IMG/VR virus record: IMGVR_UViG_3300032227_001252
Direction: 5' to 3' (one strand)
DNA length: 64,000 nucleotides
Origin: an uncultured virus (IMG/VR IMGVR_UViG_3300032227_001252)
Lineage: Duplodnaviria > Heunggongvirae > Uroviricota > Caudoviricetes
Below, piece after piece: positions 54,379-63,068 of this stretch. The first letter of the stretch is position 1. Each line of letters starts with the position of its first letter. The notes beneath the pieces were generated by a model, which worked only from the letters and a program-made list of their open reading frames with translations, made no database searches and was not told where the DNA came from. Position numbers and translations under genes: made by a program.

Positions 54379-56277
54379 TCAGATCTCCAGCTGGTAGCCC
54401 TTCAGCATATCGAGGTTGGCGTCGATGTACTCCGTGAGCGCAGCCTCGAGCTTCGGGACGAACGGCAGGTCGGACAGGAGCTTCACCCCGTGCTCGCGCC
54501 CCTTCTTGTACAGGACGCGGTACGGGACGAGTTCTGCCATCGCCTGCAGTCCGTCGTCCACCCACCCCTCGCGGCACGCCTTGGTGTCGATCACATACGG
54601 CATCCACTCTGACACTGTGCTGACCGTCTTCCCGCGCAAGTGCTGTGGGTAGTGCCGCAGCGTATGGTCAGCCCACACCAGAGCCATTCGGAGAGCCTCG
54701 TACGCAGCTTCGACGCGATCGGTCACGTACCCGATCTTCGCCATCTCGCGCTTCGCTGCGCTGGTGATGTAGGCGCCCGTGTACGTTCTCGTGTCGGGCA
54801 TCATCCTGTCGCCGAGACGGTGAAGGATCGTGTGCGCAGTGTAGGGCGAGATCCGTGTCCGCCTCTCGTCACCGAAGAGGTCTGTCACCGACTCGTGAAA
54901 CCCCTCCACCGTATGCGGAGACGCCAGAAGGGTCACCACACCGGGCGTTCCTCGTTCGATGCGATTCTTCCACTCATACGCGGGGTTCCAGTCGACGACG
55001 AGGCGGATGTTGGGGATGACGTCCTTTCCCTGCGCCTCGATGCGGTCGAGAGCGGCCTTGCTCTGGAAGAAGCGAAGGTGGCGGCTCCCTACCTCGCGGC
55101 CTGTAGGCGCTCCCGAGACCTTCACTTCGATCGGGTTCTGCTTCTGGCGCATCGACTCTATCTTCGCGCGGACTGCATCGGGCAGGACAGCAAACTGCTT
55201 CTTGTCAGCGGTCCACGAGGTCTTGCCGCCGACGACGAGCGAGTTCACGCGTGCGACAGCCCAGTTCTGGGCGGTCGCGCCCGGGCGGTGACCGCCGCTC
55301 TTCCAGGCCGCGAGCCCCTTCGCGAACGACGCCCGCAGGGCCTCGGCGAAAGCCTCGACCTCGCGTGCGGGTGCGCGGCCAGAGTAGAAGCGGAGGACAC
55401 GGGCCGCCATGTCTTCGGCGTTGCCCCGCCACTCGATCCCGCGCTTCTTCGCCTCGGTCGTGTACTTCGACTGCTTCACGAGGCCCATCTTGCGGGCGGC
55501 GCGGTCCGTGGGGAGCTCAGAGTAGTCGCCCCGCTTGTAAGCGTCTCGCGACTCCGTGAGCTCGCGGATCCTTTGCTGCTGCAGAGCAGGCGGAAGCCCC
55601 GCCAGGTAGCGCTCAGGGATGTGCCGCCCCGCGAGGTCGACAGGGTTGCTCATCACTTCCCCGATGTCGAGGATGTACGCGGGGTCGCCGTCACCCGCAT
55701 CGGCCACCTTGGTGAACCCGAGCCGGGTGAGCCAGGCGTACGCGCGTTCTCGCTTGTCGTTGCCCCAGCCGACCTTCAGACGAACTGGCTTGAGGGGCCG
55801 CCCGGCAACCGGGGTCACAGATCGAGCTCCCGAAATCGTCCACTTGATGTGCTCGAGCACCCGACGAAGGAACCCGATGCTGCCGGCTCCTGTTTCGTCG
55901 TAATGTCCGCCCTTCTTATCGGACCCGCTCAGCCATCGAAGAACCTTGTTCTCCGCTACCCCCCAACTCTTTCCGGACTGGAGCGTGACCACGAGATTGC
56001 GCTGTTTGTAGTCTTCGAACTCTTCGTTATCCCAGAACGACACCCCGACCCAGTGCTTCCCGCTCCCGAGCGCCCGGAAGATCCGGATCTGGAAGTCGTA
56101 CACACCGGTCAGCTTCTGGATCTCACGGGCAAACGCATCGTCCCGACTGCGCGGGGCCAGATCCTTATAGTCGGGGGTGTACTCGCGGTAGGGCGTGCGG
56201 GAGCCCTTCACCAGTTCTGGGATGGGGTTGGCGACGTACGCGACTCCGCTCACGATCGGGATGACGGCCTTGTACAT
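54379..56277 (-). CDS. three-module protein; middle module DUF5824-like
   Basis: Modules start after VANP, MSNP and KQNP; middle has IPERY, SKYT, GLAAWKSGGHRPGATAQNWAVARVNS...GKT..TADK. Confidence 0.7.
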   Translation of the reverse strand: MYKAVIPIVSGVAYVANPIPELVKGSRTPYREYTPDYKDLAPRSRDDAFAREIQKLTGVYDFQIRIFRALGSGKHWVGVSFWDNEEFEDYKQRNLVVTLQSGKSWGVAENKVLRWLSGSDKKGGHYDETGAGSIGFLRRVLEHIKWTISGARSVTPVAGRPLKPVRLKVGWGNDKRERAYAWLTRLGFTKVADAGDGDPAYILDIGEVMSNPVDLAGRHIPERYLAGLPPALQQQRIRELTESRDAYKRGDYSELPTDRAARKMGLVKQSKYTTEAKKRGIEWRGNAEDMAARVLRFYSGRAPAREVEAFAEALRASFAKGLAAWKSGGHRPGATAQNWAVARVNSLVVGGKTSWTADKKQFAVLPDAVRAKIESMRQKQNPIEVKVSGAPTGREVGSRHLRFFQSKAALDRIEAQGKDVIPNIRLVVDWNPAYEWKNRIERGTPGVVTLLASPHTVEGFHESVTDLFGDERRTRISPYTAHTILHRLGDRMMPDTRTYTGAYITSAAKREMAKIGYVTDRVEAAYEALRMALVWADHTLRHYPQHLRGKTVSTVSEWMPYVIDTKACREGWVDDGLQAMAELVPYRVLYKKGREHGVKLLSDLPFVPKLEAALTEYIDANLDMLKGYQLEI

Positions 56278-56289
56278 GATTGCTCTGCC

Positions 56290-57126
56290 TCAGATGTAGA
56301 AGACGTAGTTGCCCCTGCTCAGGCCGATGTTGAGGGCGTCGATGTAGGCGCGCATGATGGCGTCGCTGCGGTGACGCAGAGCAAGTAGAACCGGCGGCCA
56401 TTCCACATTGACACCGTTTACGACGAGGGGCGCGTCTGGGTTGAAGCCCCATTTGCCGGTCTTAGCACGAAGGGCGAACAGGTCCGCATTCATCTGCGCA
56501 GAGTTTGCCAGAACTCCCATTCTGCCAGCAGCGGTGTCCACCCCCGCGCTGATGACAGCGGCCATGGCTCGGACTCTGTCGGGAGCGAGGCCTCGGCGAA
56601 CTAGTTGACCACCCAAACGGTAGCTCTGGGTGTCGTACGCGATCATCGTATCGTACAACTTCGAGAACGGCAGTTCACGGCGGAAGTGTTCTGGGATCAC
56701 CTCCCGCCAAGAAGGGCCCCCGCCAGTTCCCACAGAGTCCCACAGCCGATGGAGGACCGTGAATGGCGTGATGGGGGCTATGCGAGCCGGGTCTCCCCTC
56801 TCTCCGCGCACGTCAAGCACGCCGGGCGGGTGTTCGGGAACGAAGGTGAAGGCAACATTGTCGTAGCTCTTACGGGCTATGTCCTGGGCCTCTCTGCGAC
56901 CTGCCGCGTAGACAGGATCGTAGATGTCAGGCGGCCATCGCTCCCCGGCCGGAAGAACTATTACAAGGAGCTTCAGGTTGAACGGCACGCCCCGCAGTTC
57001 CTTCGAGTAGATCTCGAACGCGTTCCGGTTCACTAGTGGCCTGTGAAACGACAGAGTGCGCGCCGGCGAGATTGAGCCCTGAACGGTGAGATCTGTCAGG
57101 GGGTTGTGACGAGAGTGCGTCCGCAT
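56290..57126 (-). CDS. hypothetical protein, paralog of the last module of 54379..56277
   Basis: RHNP leader; TPFTVLHRLWD vs TAHTILHRLGD; DTAAGRMG vs DTKACREG; YID near the C-terminus in both. Confidence 0.7.
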   Translation of the reverse strand: MRTHSRHNPLTDLTVQGSISPARTLSFHRPLVNRNAFEIYSKELRGVPFNLKLLVIVLPAGERWPPDIYDPVYAAGRREAQDIARKSYDNVAFTFVPEHPPGVLDVRGERGDPARIAPITPFTVLHRLWDSVGTGGGPSWREVIPEHFRRELPFSKLYDTMIAYDTQSYRLGGQLVRRGLAPDRVRAMAAVISAGVDTAAGRMGVLANSAQMNADLFALRAKTGKWGFNPDAPLVVNGVNVEWPPVLLALRHRSDAIMRAYIDALNIGLSRGNYVFYI

Positions 57127-57131
57127 GGTGT

Positions 57132-59234
57132 CTACATGTCGTTGTGGGAGACGCGGACAGGTCGGCCGTCCCAGCGCTTCACCGACGTCCAGTTCTCGTT
57201 CGAGCCGAGATTTCCGTCCGCGCCGACCATCATGCGGAAGGGCGCCGTACCGCGACGGCTGTCATAGCCCTCAGCAGAACGGTCGGGCACCACAGTCCCG
57301 TTGTAGAGATTGCCCGAGTCGTAGCGCTTCCCGATCGCCTTCACCATCACGCTGGCCGGCGAGATGGACACCACCTCGTAAAAGTCCGCGGTGTCGATGG
57401 CGATGTTCTTCTTCACCACGACGTCGCCGACCTTGTACGCGTGCTGGATGGGCCGAGCAGCCTGCTCCTGAATCCGCTGACGGACAAAGCCCGTCGGGGC
57501 CGGGGCCGGGCGGGGGGCTTCGGACGGCGCCGGACGGGGGCCAGGGGAGACAGCAGACGGCGAGACACGAAGGCCCCGGCGCTCGGCCTTGCGGACCATC
57601 TCCTCGGCCTTTTCGGGCTGGTAGCACCACTGCGGCGTACCGCTGCCCGTGAGGACAGGAGTGCCGTCGTCGTTGTAGATGTAGAAGCAGACCTTCCCCC
57701 ACTGATCGCGGCCGGACTTGTGGTAGGGGTTCTCGAGATCCTTCTTCTTTCTCGACATGATCAGCTCCTGCAAATCGCGGATGTTGTAATTGCCCACATC
57801 CGTCTTGATGTAGGGCATGTACCCTGCACTCTTCGCTGCAAGTGCAGCCTCGAGAGCGGCTTCAGGATCTGCACCCGAATAATCCTCGATGTGAGGGTAC
57901 CGCACAGCGAGCACTACGCCCCGCCGCGGGTGTAGCACCCTGAACCTCGATGGTTCGGGCGGCTGATAGGGGTCTGGCTGCGCCATGGCGACCTTCCTGA
58001 CAGGGTTGGAGCGAATGAGTTCTGCGAAGCGCTTCGAGCCGCTCCAGCGGGCACCGGGGTCTCCGCCCCAGTTGAGCCACGACCAGTACCGCTTCCCGCT
58101 CTTGCGGGCGTACTGGTCTGACATGCGATCCTGCTTCGTCTTGCGATCGAAGTACATGCGCATGCGGCGGAGAGCTGCGTCAGAGATCGAAGGAGAGATG
58201 GCAAGCTGGATGGCGCGTGCGACCCCGATGAAGTCGTAGCCGCCGTAGTTGTTCTGGTGGGAGAGCCGGATGCCCTCCATCGCGGCCTCGCGCACGTCTT
58301 CGGGGACAGCGTGACCGCCGGGCTGCTCCTGCCCTGCTGCGGCTTCCGAGGACACGGCCCCGCGGTTGTTGAGGTTCAGAGCCAGGAGAACGCTGTGGGC
58401 GTCGGGCGCGGCCGGCGGAAGTTCGTCCGACGTGGCTCCTGCTGCCTTTAGCTTCATGCGACTGCTGTTGAGCTGAGCCCGCCAGTCAGAGGGCATCTTG
58501 CGGAGCAGACTGTTGATCTCCGACACGTTCGCCTTGATGGAGGCGGGGTTCTTCTTCCTCATGCCGTGAACGACGTCGGAGCCCACAAGTGCCGCCGCGC
58601 CGACGCGGAGGCCCCCTGATGCAGTCAACTTGGCGTACTCCCCGACCCCGCGGCCCAGGGCGGAAGCGGTGGCCGAAACACCCTTGGCGGCCTTCACTTC
58701 GTCCCGCATCCCGCGCAGGGCCGCGGCCTTCTCCTTCTCGACGCGGATTGCTTCGGGGAGGGCGTCGATCACCATCATGACCTCGCCCACGACGGGAATG
58801 GCCTTGGTCCCAGCCTTCGCGGCAACCTTGGCGCCGGCCTTCGCGGCCGTCTTCCCCGCCACTTTCGTGGCGGCCTTCGAACCGCCAGCCTGAAAGAGCT
58901 TGCGCAGCAGACCCACGCGCTTCTGCGCCTTTCGACCTGCTGCTGCGAGGTCTCGAGCGGTCAGTTCTTCGTCTGGGTTCCTGCGCATGCTTGCCCCCTG
59001 AAACTTCTGGAGGCCAAGTGCCGCCGCGCTGCGGATGGTGTCGCGCCCTGGCATCTCGTCCACTTCAACTTCGACTGTCTGCTCAGGCTTCGCCCCGTCG
59101 CGCACACGCACGGACCATCCGCGGCGACCGCGGGAAGCGACGACGTAGCCCGTCGGAAGCTCCGGCGGGTAGTGCCATTCCCCGTAGTTCGGCCCGGCCT
59201 TTACCGTCGGGCGCCCGAGAGGCTTCAAGGGCAT
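57132..59234 (-). CDS. multi-module protein punctuated by four NP motifs
   Basis: RRNP, KKNP, RSNP, LENP; includes a GVARAIQLA...RMRMYFDR...WLNWGG module of a kind seen in phage head-associated proteins. Confidence 0.7.
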   Translation of the reverse strand: MPLKPLGRPTVKAGPNYGEWHYPPELPTGYVVASRGRRGWSVRVRDGAKPEQTVEVEVDEMPGRDTIRSAAALGLQKFQGASMRRNPDEELTARDLAAAGRKAQKRVGLLRKLFQAGGSKAATKVAGKTAAKAGAKVAAKAGTKAIPVVGEVMMVIDALPEAIRVEKEKAAALRGMRDEVKAAKGVSATASALGRGVGEYAKLTASGGLRVGAAALVGSDVVHGMRKKNPASIKANVSEINSLLRKMPSDWRAQLNSSRMKLKAAGATSDELPPAAPDAHSVLLALNLNNRGAVSSEAAAGQEQPGGHAVPEDVREAAMEGIRLSHQNNYGGYDFIGVARAIQLAISPSISDAALRRMRMYFDRKTKQDRMSDQYARKSGKRYWSWLNWGGDPGARWSGSKRFAELIRSNPVRKVAMAQPDPYQPPEPSRFRVLHPRRGVVLAVRYPHIEDYSGADPEAALEAALAAKSAGYMPYIKTDVGNYNIRDLQELIMSRKKKDLENPYHKSGRDQWGKVCFYIYNDDGTPVLTGSGTPQWCYQPEKAEEMVRKAERRGLRVSPSAVSPGPRPAPSEAPRPAPAPTGFVRQRIQEQAARPIQHAYKVGDVVVKKNIAIDTADFYEVVSISPASVMVKAIGKRYDSGNLYNGTVVPDRSAEGYDSRRGTAPFRMMVGADGNLGSNENWTSVKRWDGRPVRVSHNDM

Positions 59235-59240
59235 CTCGAC

Positions 59241-59777
59241 CTACCCGTAGTAGGGCTTCGGCGCCGCGTACGGGCCGCGAGGCCCGCTGAAACCGGGAGG
59301 AGTGAGGCCGAGAACCTGGATGCCCGTCATGCGGCGAAGCTCTGCGCTGCGGTGCAGGTCACGAATGTGCTGGCCGAGAGCCATCACGAACGCGTAGTCG
59401 GGATCGCGGCGTCCGTAGAGCAGGATGCCGTGGTGCTTCCCGTCACGAGCGATGAACATGATGTCCCCGTTCGTGTTCAGGGAGAGCTTGCCGTCCTTGC
59501 AGGAGACGACCACGGCCTTGGTGTCGTCGATGGCCTTGGGTCCGCGGGCGGGGCGCTTCGCATCGGCGGCCTCCGCCGTTGCTACGTCCTTCTTCGCCTT
59601 CGAGATCTTCTCCACGATCAGCTTGGCCTTGGCCTCGCTGAAGCAGAACCTCTCGCCCGAGGGGCCCGTCGCGACCGTACCGTCATCGTTGAAGATGAGG
59701 TAGCACTGCGCGTTCTGGCTCGCGGGAATGTGAGACAGTCCGCCGGGCGTGTGACGGTAGTAGGGGTTGTAGCGCAC
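59241..59777 (-). CDS. hypothetical protein with MRYNP start, related to a module of 57132..59234
   Basis: CYLIFNDDGT...FCFSEAKAKLIV vs CFYIYNDDGT...WCYQPEKAEEMV. Confidence 0.65.
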   Translation of the reverse strand: MRYNPYYRHTPGGLSHIPASQNAQCYLIFNDDGTVATGPSGERFCFSEAKAKLIVEKISKAKKDVATAEAADAKRPARGPKAIDDTKAVVVSCKDGKLSLNTNGDIMFIARDGKHHGILLYGRRDPDYAFVMALGQHIRDLHRSAELRRMTGIQVLGLTPPGFSGPRGPYAAPKPYYG

Positions 59778-59838
59778 GTGGTGATCCTCGCTCGTGAAGA
59801 GCGTACTTCATCGGCGTGCAGCAGACAGGGCGGAAGTG

Positions 59839-60186
59839 CTACGTCCGACCGAACGCGGACCCGTCATCCTTCCGCCAGCGATACCCGACGTGCTCCGAGG
59901 ACAGGCGCACGGGCGGCTTCCCGACAGTCCTCACCTCGAAGACGTAGAACATCTTCCCGTCGTCGCGCGCGAACACCTTCACCATGGAGAGGGTCGAAGG
60001 GCGAACAGAGATGCCGGTCTCTTCCTTGAGCTCGCGTGCAGCGGTGTAGTCCGGCGTCTCTCCTTCTTCCGCATGGCCACCTGGCAAGTCCCACTCGCGG
60101 CCGGCGGAGACGTCCTCTGGACTGCGCTGCAGTTCGAGGATCTGATCGCCGGTCAACAAGCGAACGAGCGAGACACGAGGGGCCAT
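59839..60186 (-). CDS. Nudix hydrolase
   Basis: Nudix box GGHAEEGETPDYTAARELKEETGI; LSSEH. Confidence 0.9.
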   Translation of the reverse strand: MAPRVSLVRLLTGDQILELQRSPEDVSAGREWDLPGGHAEEGETPDYTAARELKEETGISVRPSTLSMVKVFARDDGKMFYVFEVRTVGKPPVRLSSEHVGYRWRKDDGSAFGRT

Positions 60187-60192
60187 CGGAGC

Positions 60193-61119
60193 CTACTCCT
60201 TGTTGCGGAGGAAGGCCCAGTACACCCCGCCTGCCACTGCGATCGTGCCGAGGCCTACAGACGGCCAGAACCACCACGCGTCAGTGAGGCTGGCTTCCTG
60301 CTGGAGCCCGGGCACAGACACATCTGTCGTCTCGGGGGCCGTCGGGAGCGACGGGGTCGGCGTGTACGACCGTGCCGGCGCAGAGCCCGACCTGAGCCGG
60401 CCATTCACGAAGTCGTTGTTGAGGTTCGCGGCCACCGCTGCGTACTTGGCGTCGCTCTTCGAGAACGTCTTGCCACCCGTCACCACGGTGCCGGACGCGT
60501 CTATCTTGTAGGTGTAGGTCCCGTCCGTCCAGGTCTTGCCCAGCAGCGCCGAGTTCAACAAGCCGGATGCTGCAGCCGAGGAGCCGCTCTCACGGCGGAG
60601 GGCCGCTTCTGCCTCGTCACGGGCCTGACGCTTGACGTCTTCCAGCTCGTACTCTCGTGCGAGCTGCTTGATGGCCTCCTTCTCCTTGGAGTTGAAGAAG
60701 TACATCTTGCTCAGGTTCGCGTTCCAGTAGGCGATCGCCTTCTTGGCGTCGATCTTGTCCTTGGACGGGCCGTACTTGAGCACGTACGCGAGGTTGTTCG
60801 AGATGAAGTCGCCGATCGAGAAGGAGTTCGTGACGGACAGGTAGCGCAGCTGCTCGGCCGCCTTCGTTCCTACGGCGTCGTTGTCGGTGAACGACACCAA
60901 GATCCGCAACTTCGGCGCGACATAGGCCGCCAGGGCGTTGCGGTCTTTGACGTTCATGAAGTCAGCGATGGCCCGCTTCGCGAGATCGCTCTTGTCGTAG
61001 GTCTGACGCGCTACGCTGATCGCGTCAGAAACCGACGTCGAGAGAGCGCCGAGGGGTGCGGTGACACCATACACCGACTCGATCGAAGAGCGCGATGCGG
61101 GCTGGAACGTGGGGGTCAT
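60193..61119 (-). CDS. hypothetical protein with C-terminal TM anchor
   Basis: WWFWPSVGLGTIAVAGGVYWAFL-RNKE after a Pro/Thr linker. Confidence 0.65.
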   Translation of the reverse strand: MTPTFQPASRSSIESVYGVTAPLGALSTSVSDAISVARQTYDKSDLAKRAIADFMNVKDRNALAAYVAPKLRILVSFTDNDAVGTKAAEQLRYLSVTNSFSIGDFISNNLAYVLKYGPSKDKIDAKKAIAYWNANLSKMYFFNSKEKEAIKQLAREYELEDVKRQARDEAEAALRRESGSSAAASGLLNSALLGKTWTDGTYTYKIDASGTVVTGGKTFSKSDAKYAAVAANLNNDFVNGRLRSGSAPARSYTPTPSLPTAPETTDVSVPGLQQEASLTDAWWFWPSVGLGTIAVAGGVYWAFLRNKE

Positions 61120-62093
61120 GCGATCCTCTGACGGAAGACGGTCTTTGCGAGGTACGCTTCCTGCTTGTCTGCAAGAGCGGGCATCGGCTTCTTCTTGGCG
61201 GGGTTGTAGCCTTCAGAGACCGGGTTGGACTTCACCTGACGGATGACGCGCTTGACGCCCCAGATGGCCACTCCCGCGAGCAGCACGCCACCCACGATCT
61301 TGACCCCGAGCGAGACCATCTCTCCAGTTGCCTGAGCCGTGCAGTAGCCAGGGATGTACGACCGCCACGTGTCCTCACACGGGACGTCCGGTGCCTTCTC
61401 CGGCGGAGCCTTCTCAACATCCTGACGCGCGGTGGTCTGCTTCTGCGCTTCATCGACGCGAGCCGCTACAGCCCTTCGGTCAGTACCACGGCGCAGCTGC
61501 TCGAGCGCGTCAGCGGCAACTTCAGTCGTGCCGCCGCGGCGCTTGATGGCCTTCTCCAGCAGAGCGTACGCAGAGTCGTAGGTCGACTTGATAGAGCTGT
61601 TGCGGTTCGCTGCGTCTACGTCCACGCCTGCAGTCAGACCACTCTCGATGCGCTCTTTTGCTGCATCCCGCAAGCTCGTGTCATTGAGCGCGAGGAACCC
61701 AACAGCCAGCCAGTACCCCGTCTTGAGCAGCGAGGCTGCGTCGTTACTCGCGAGCGTGGTGAAGGTGCTGTAGTTGGGAAACGCCTCGATGTCCGAGTAC
61801 GAACGCCCTGCCGTGATCATGTTCGACACAGCGTCGTAGTGGTTGTAGGTGGAGACGTTCGCCTTCCGGTCCGCGAGGTCGGAGCGGGTGTAGCGCACGC
61901 CAGGGATCCACTTCGTGGACAGCCCATACGGGTCGCCGTAGGCCGATCCGACGAACTGAGGGTTCGCCGTGACGTACCGCTGCTGGAACCCGAAGCTGTC
62001 CGAGGGGTACATCACCTGTGCAGGGTACGTCGCGAGGGGAACGCCCCCGCGCTGGAAGTACCCGGTGCTGTAGAAGACTGCCCGGCTGGCCAT
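61116..62093 (-). CDS. hypothetical protein with C-proximal TM followed by KSNP
   Basis: TAATG overlap; IVGGVLLAGVAIWGV-KRVIRQVKSNP. Confidence 0.65.
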   Translation of the reverse strand: MASRAVFYSTGYFQRGGVPLATYPAQVMYPSDSFGFQQRYVTANPQFVGSAYGDPYGLSTKWIPGVRYTRSDLADRKANVSTYNHYDAVSNMITAGRSYSDIEAFPNYSTFTTLASNDAASLLKTGYWLAVGFLALNDTSLRDAAKERIESGLTAGVDVDAANRNSSIKSTYDSAYALLEKAIKRRGGTTEVAADALEQLRRGTDRRAVAARVDEAQKQTTARQDVEKAPPEKAPDVPCEDTWRSYIPGYCTAQATGEMVSLGVKIVGGVLLAGVAIWGVKRVIRQVKSNPVSEGYNPAKKKPMPALADKQEAYLAKTVFRQRIA

Positions 62094-62347
62094 TACCCCT
62101 CCTTCGTCGCCGCTCGGAAGCGGCGCACCTGGTACTGCATGTAGGAGGACGCCTGATTCAGACGGTCGTTCGCAGTCGCGATCTGGTAGTGAACCCACTG
62201 CGGCAGGTCGTCGTTGTCCTCGAGAGCTTCCGCGAGTGCGGCTGCATTCTTCGCCATCTGCTCAAGGTACTGCTTCGCCATCCGGCCCTGGAGCGAGTTG
62301 CTCTTGGTCGGGCCGTAGTCGAAGTGGCGTCCTGTCTGGAACTTCAT
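62093..62347 (-). CDS. small hypothetical protein
   Basis: LEDNDDLPQWVHYQIATA.D.L......Y helical motif of a kind seen in large-phage proteins. Confidence 0.6.
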   Translation of the reverse strand: MKFQTGRHFDYGPTKSNSLQGRMAKQYLEQMAKNAAALAEALEDNDDLPQWVHYQIATANDRLNQASSYMQYQVRRFRAATKEG

Positions 62348-62409
62348 GGGGGCAGCCTCACCCACGGAGAGTAGCCGCACCTGACCTACGGGGGCTGCTT
62401 CGAAGTGCT

Positions 62410-62754
62410 CTACGCCCGCTTGATGGAGAACTCGATGCGGCCATCATCCCACGCGTTGAGGACCTCGAGGTACGCGCGACCGTGCGTGGAGAGATCCGAC
62501 TCGACCGCTGCGAGAGCTTCGTCGAGGGAACTGAAGGACTGGCGCCCGACGTAGATGTCTGCATCGTGGGGAGTCATCCGCTTGATCTTGTCCCTGGCGC
62601 CCGCCCACGCGAACAACTGAGGTTCTTCAGGGACATCCCATGTCGGAGTCTCGTCGGGGCCCGCACCCATGCGCTGTTCGACCCCAACCACCACGAAGGT
62701 GTTCGGCGTTAGAGCCGGATTGCGCCGCAGCACGGTGGGGAGGGGCAGCGCCAT
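62410..62754 (-). CDS. hypothetical protein with MALPLPTVLRRNP leader
   Basis: GAGGA RBS; leader nearly identical to that of the neighbour. Confidence 0.7.
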   Translation of the reverse strand: MALPLPTVLRRNPALTPNTFVVVGVEQRMGAGPDETPTWDVPEEPQLFAWAGARDKIKRMTPHDADIYVGRQSFSSLDEALAAVESDLSTHGRAYLEVLNAWDDGRIEFSIKRA

Positions 62755-62760
62755 GGTTCC

Positions 62761-63063
62761 TCAGCGGAGCAGGGTCGGTTCGGAGAGCGACGTGTTCCCC
62801 AGACCCGCACTCCGGCCGTTGGAGAACAGGCGCTTCACTTCGGATGCCGGGAGGACTCCCTGCTTGTATGTGACAGGCCGCCCATCCGTGATCAGCGTGG
62901 CTGATCCGTCAGCGTTCATCACGAACGTCAGGTAGAAGTAGGTGTTGGACTGGCCCATGTCAGAGAGAGAAATGTAGGACGACAACGCCTGAAACTTCTG
63001 ACCCGGAGCAGGGAAGTGCATCGCGGGGTTGCGGCGCAGGACGGTGAGGAGACGTAGTGCCAT
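62761..63063 (-). CDS. hypothetical protein with MALRLLTVLRRNP leader
   Basis: Leader shared with 62410..62754; body unrelated. Confidence 0.7.
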   Translation of the reverse strand: MALRLLTVLRRNPAMHFPAPGQKFQALSSYISLSDMGQSNTYFYLTFVMNADGSATLITDGRPVTYKQGVLPASEVKRLFSNGRSAGLGNTSLSEPTLLR

Positions 63064-63068
63064 GGGGC

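Noticed and set aside
62410..63063. RR in the leaders as Tat signals, or NP as a 2A-like NPGP ribosome-skipping site
   Set aside because: No hydrophobic h-region follows the arginines, and no DxExNPGP context is present
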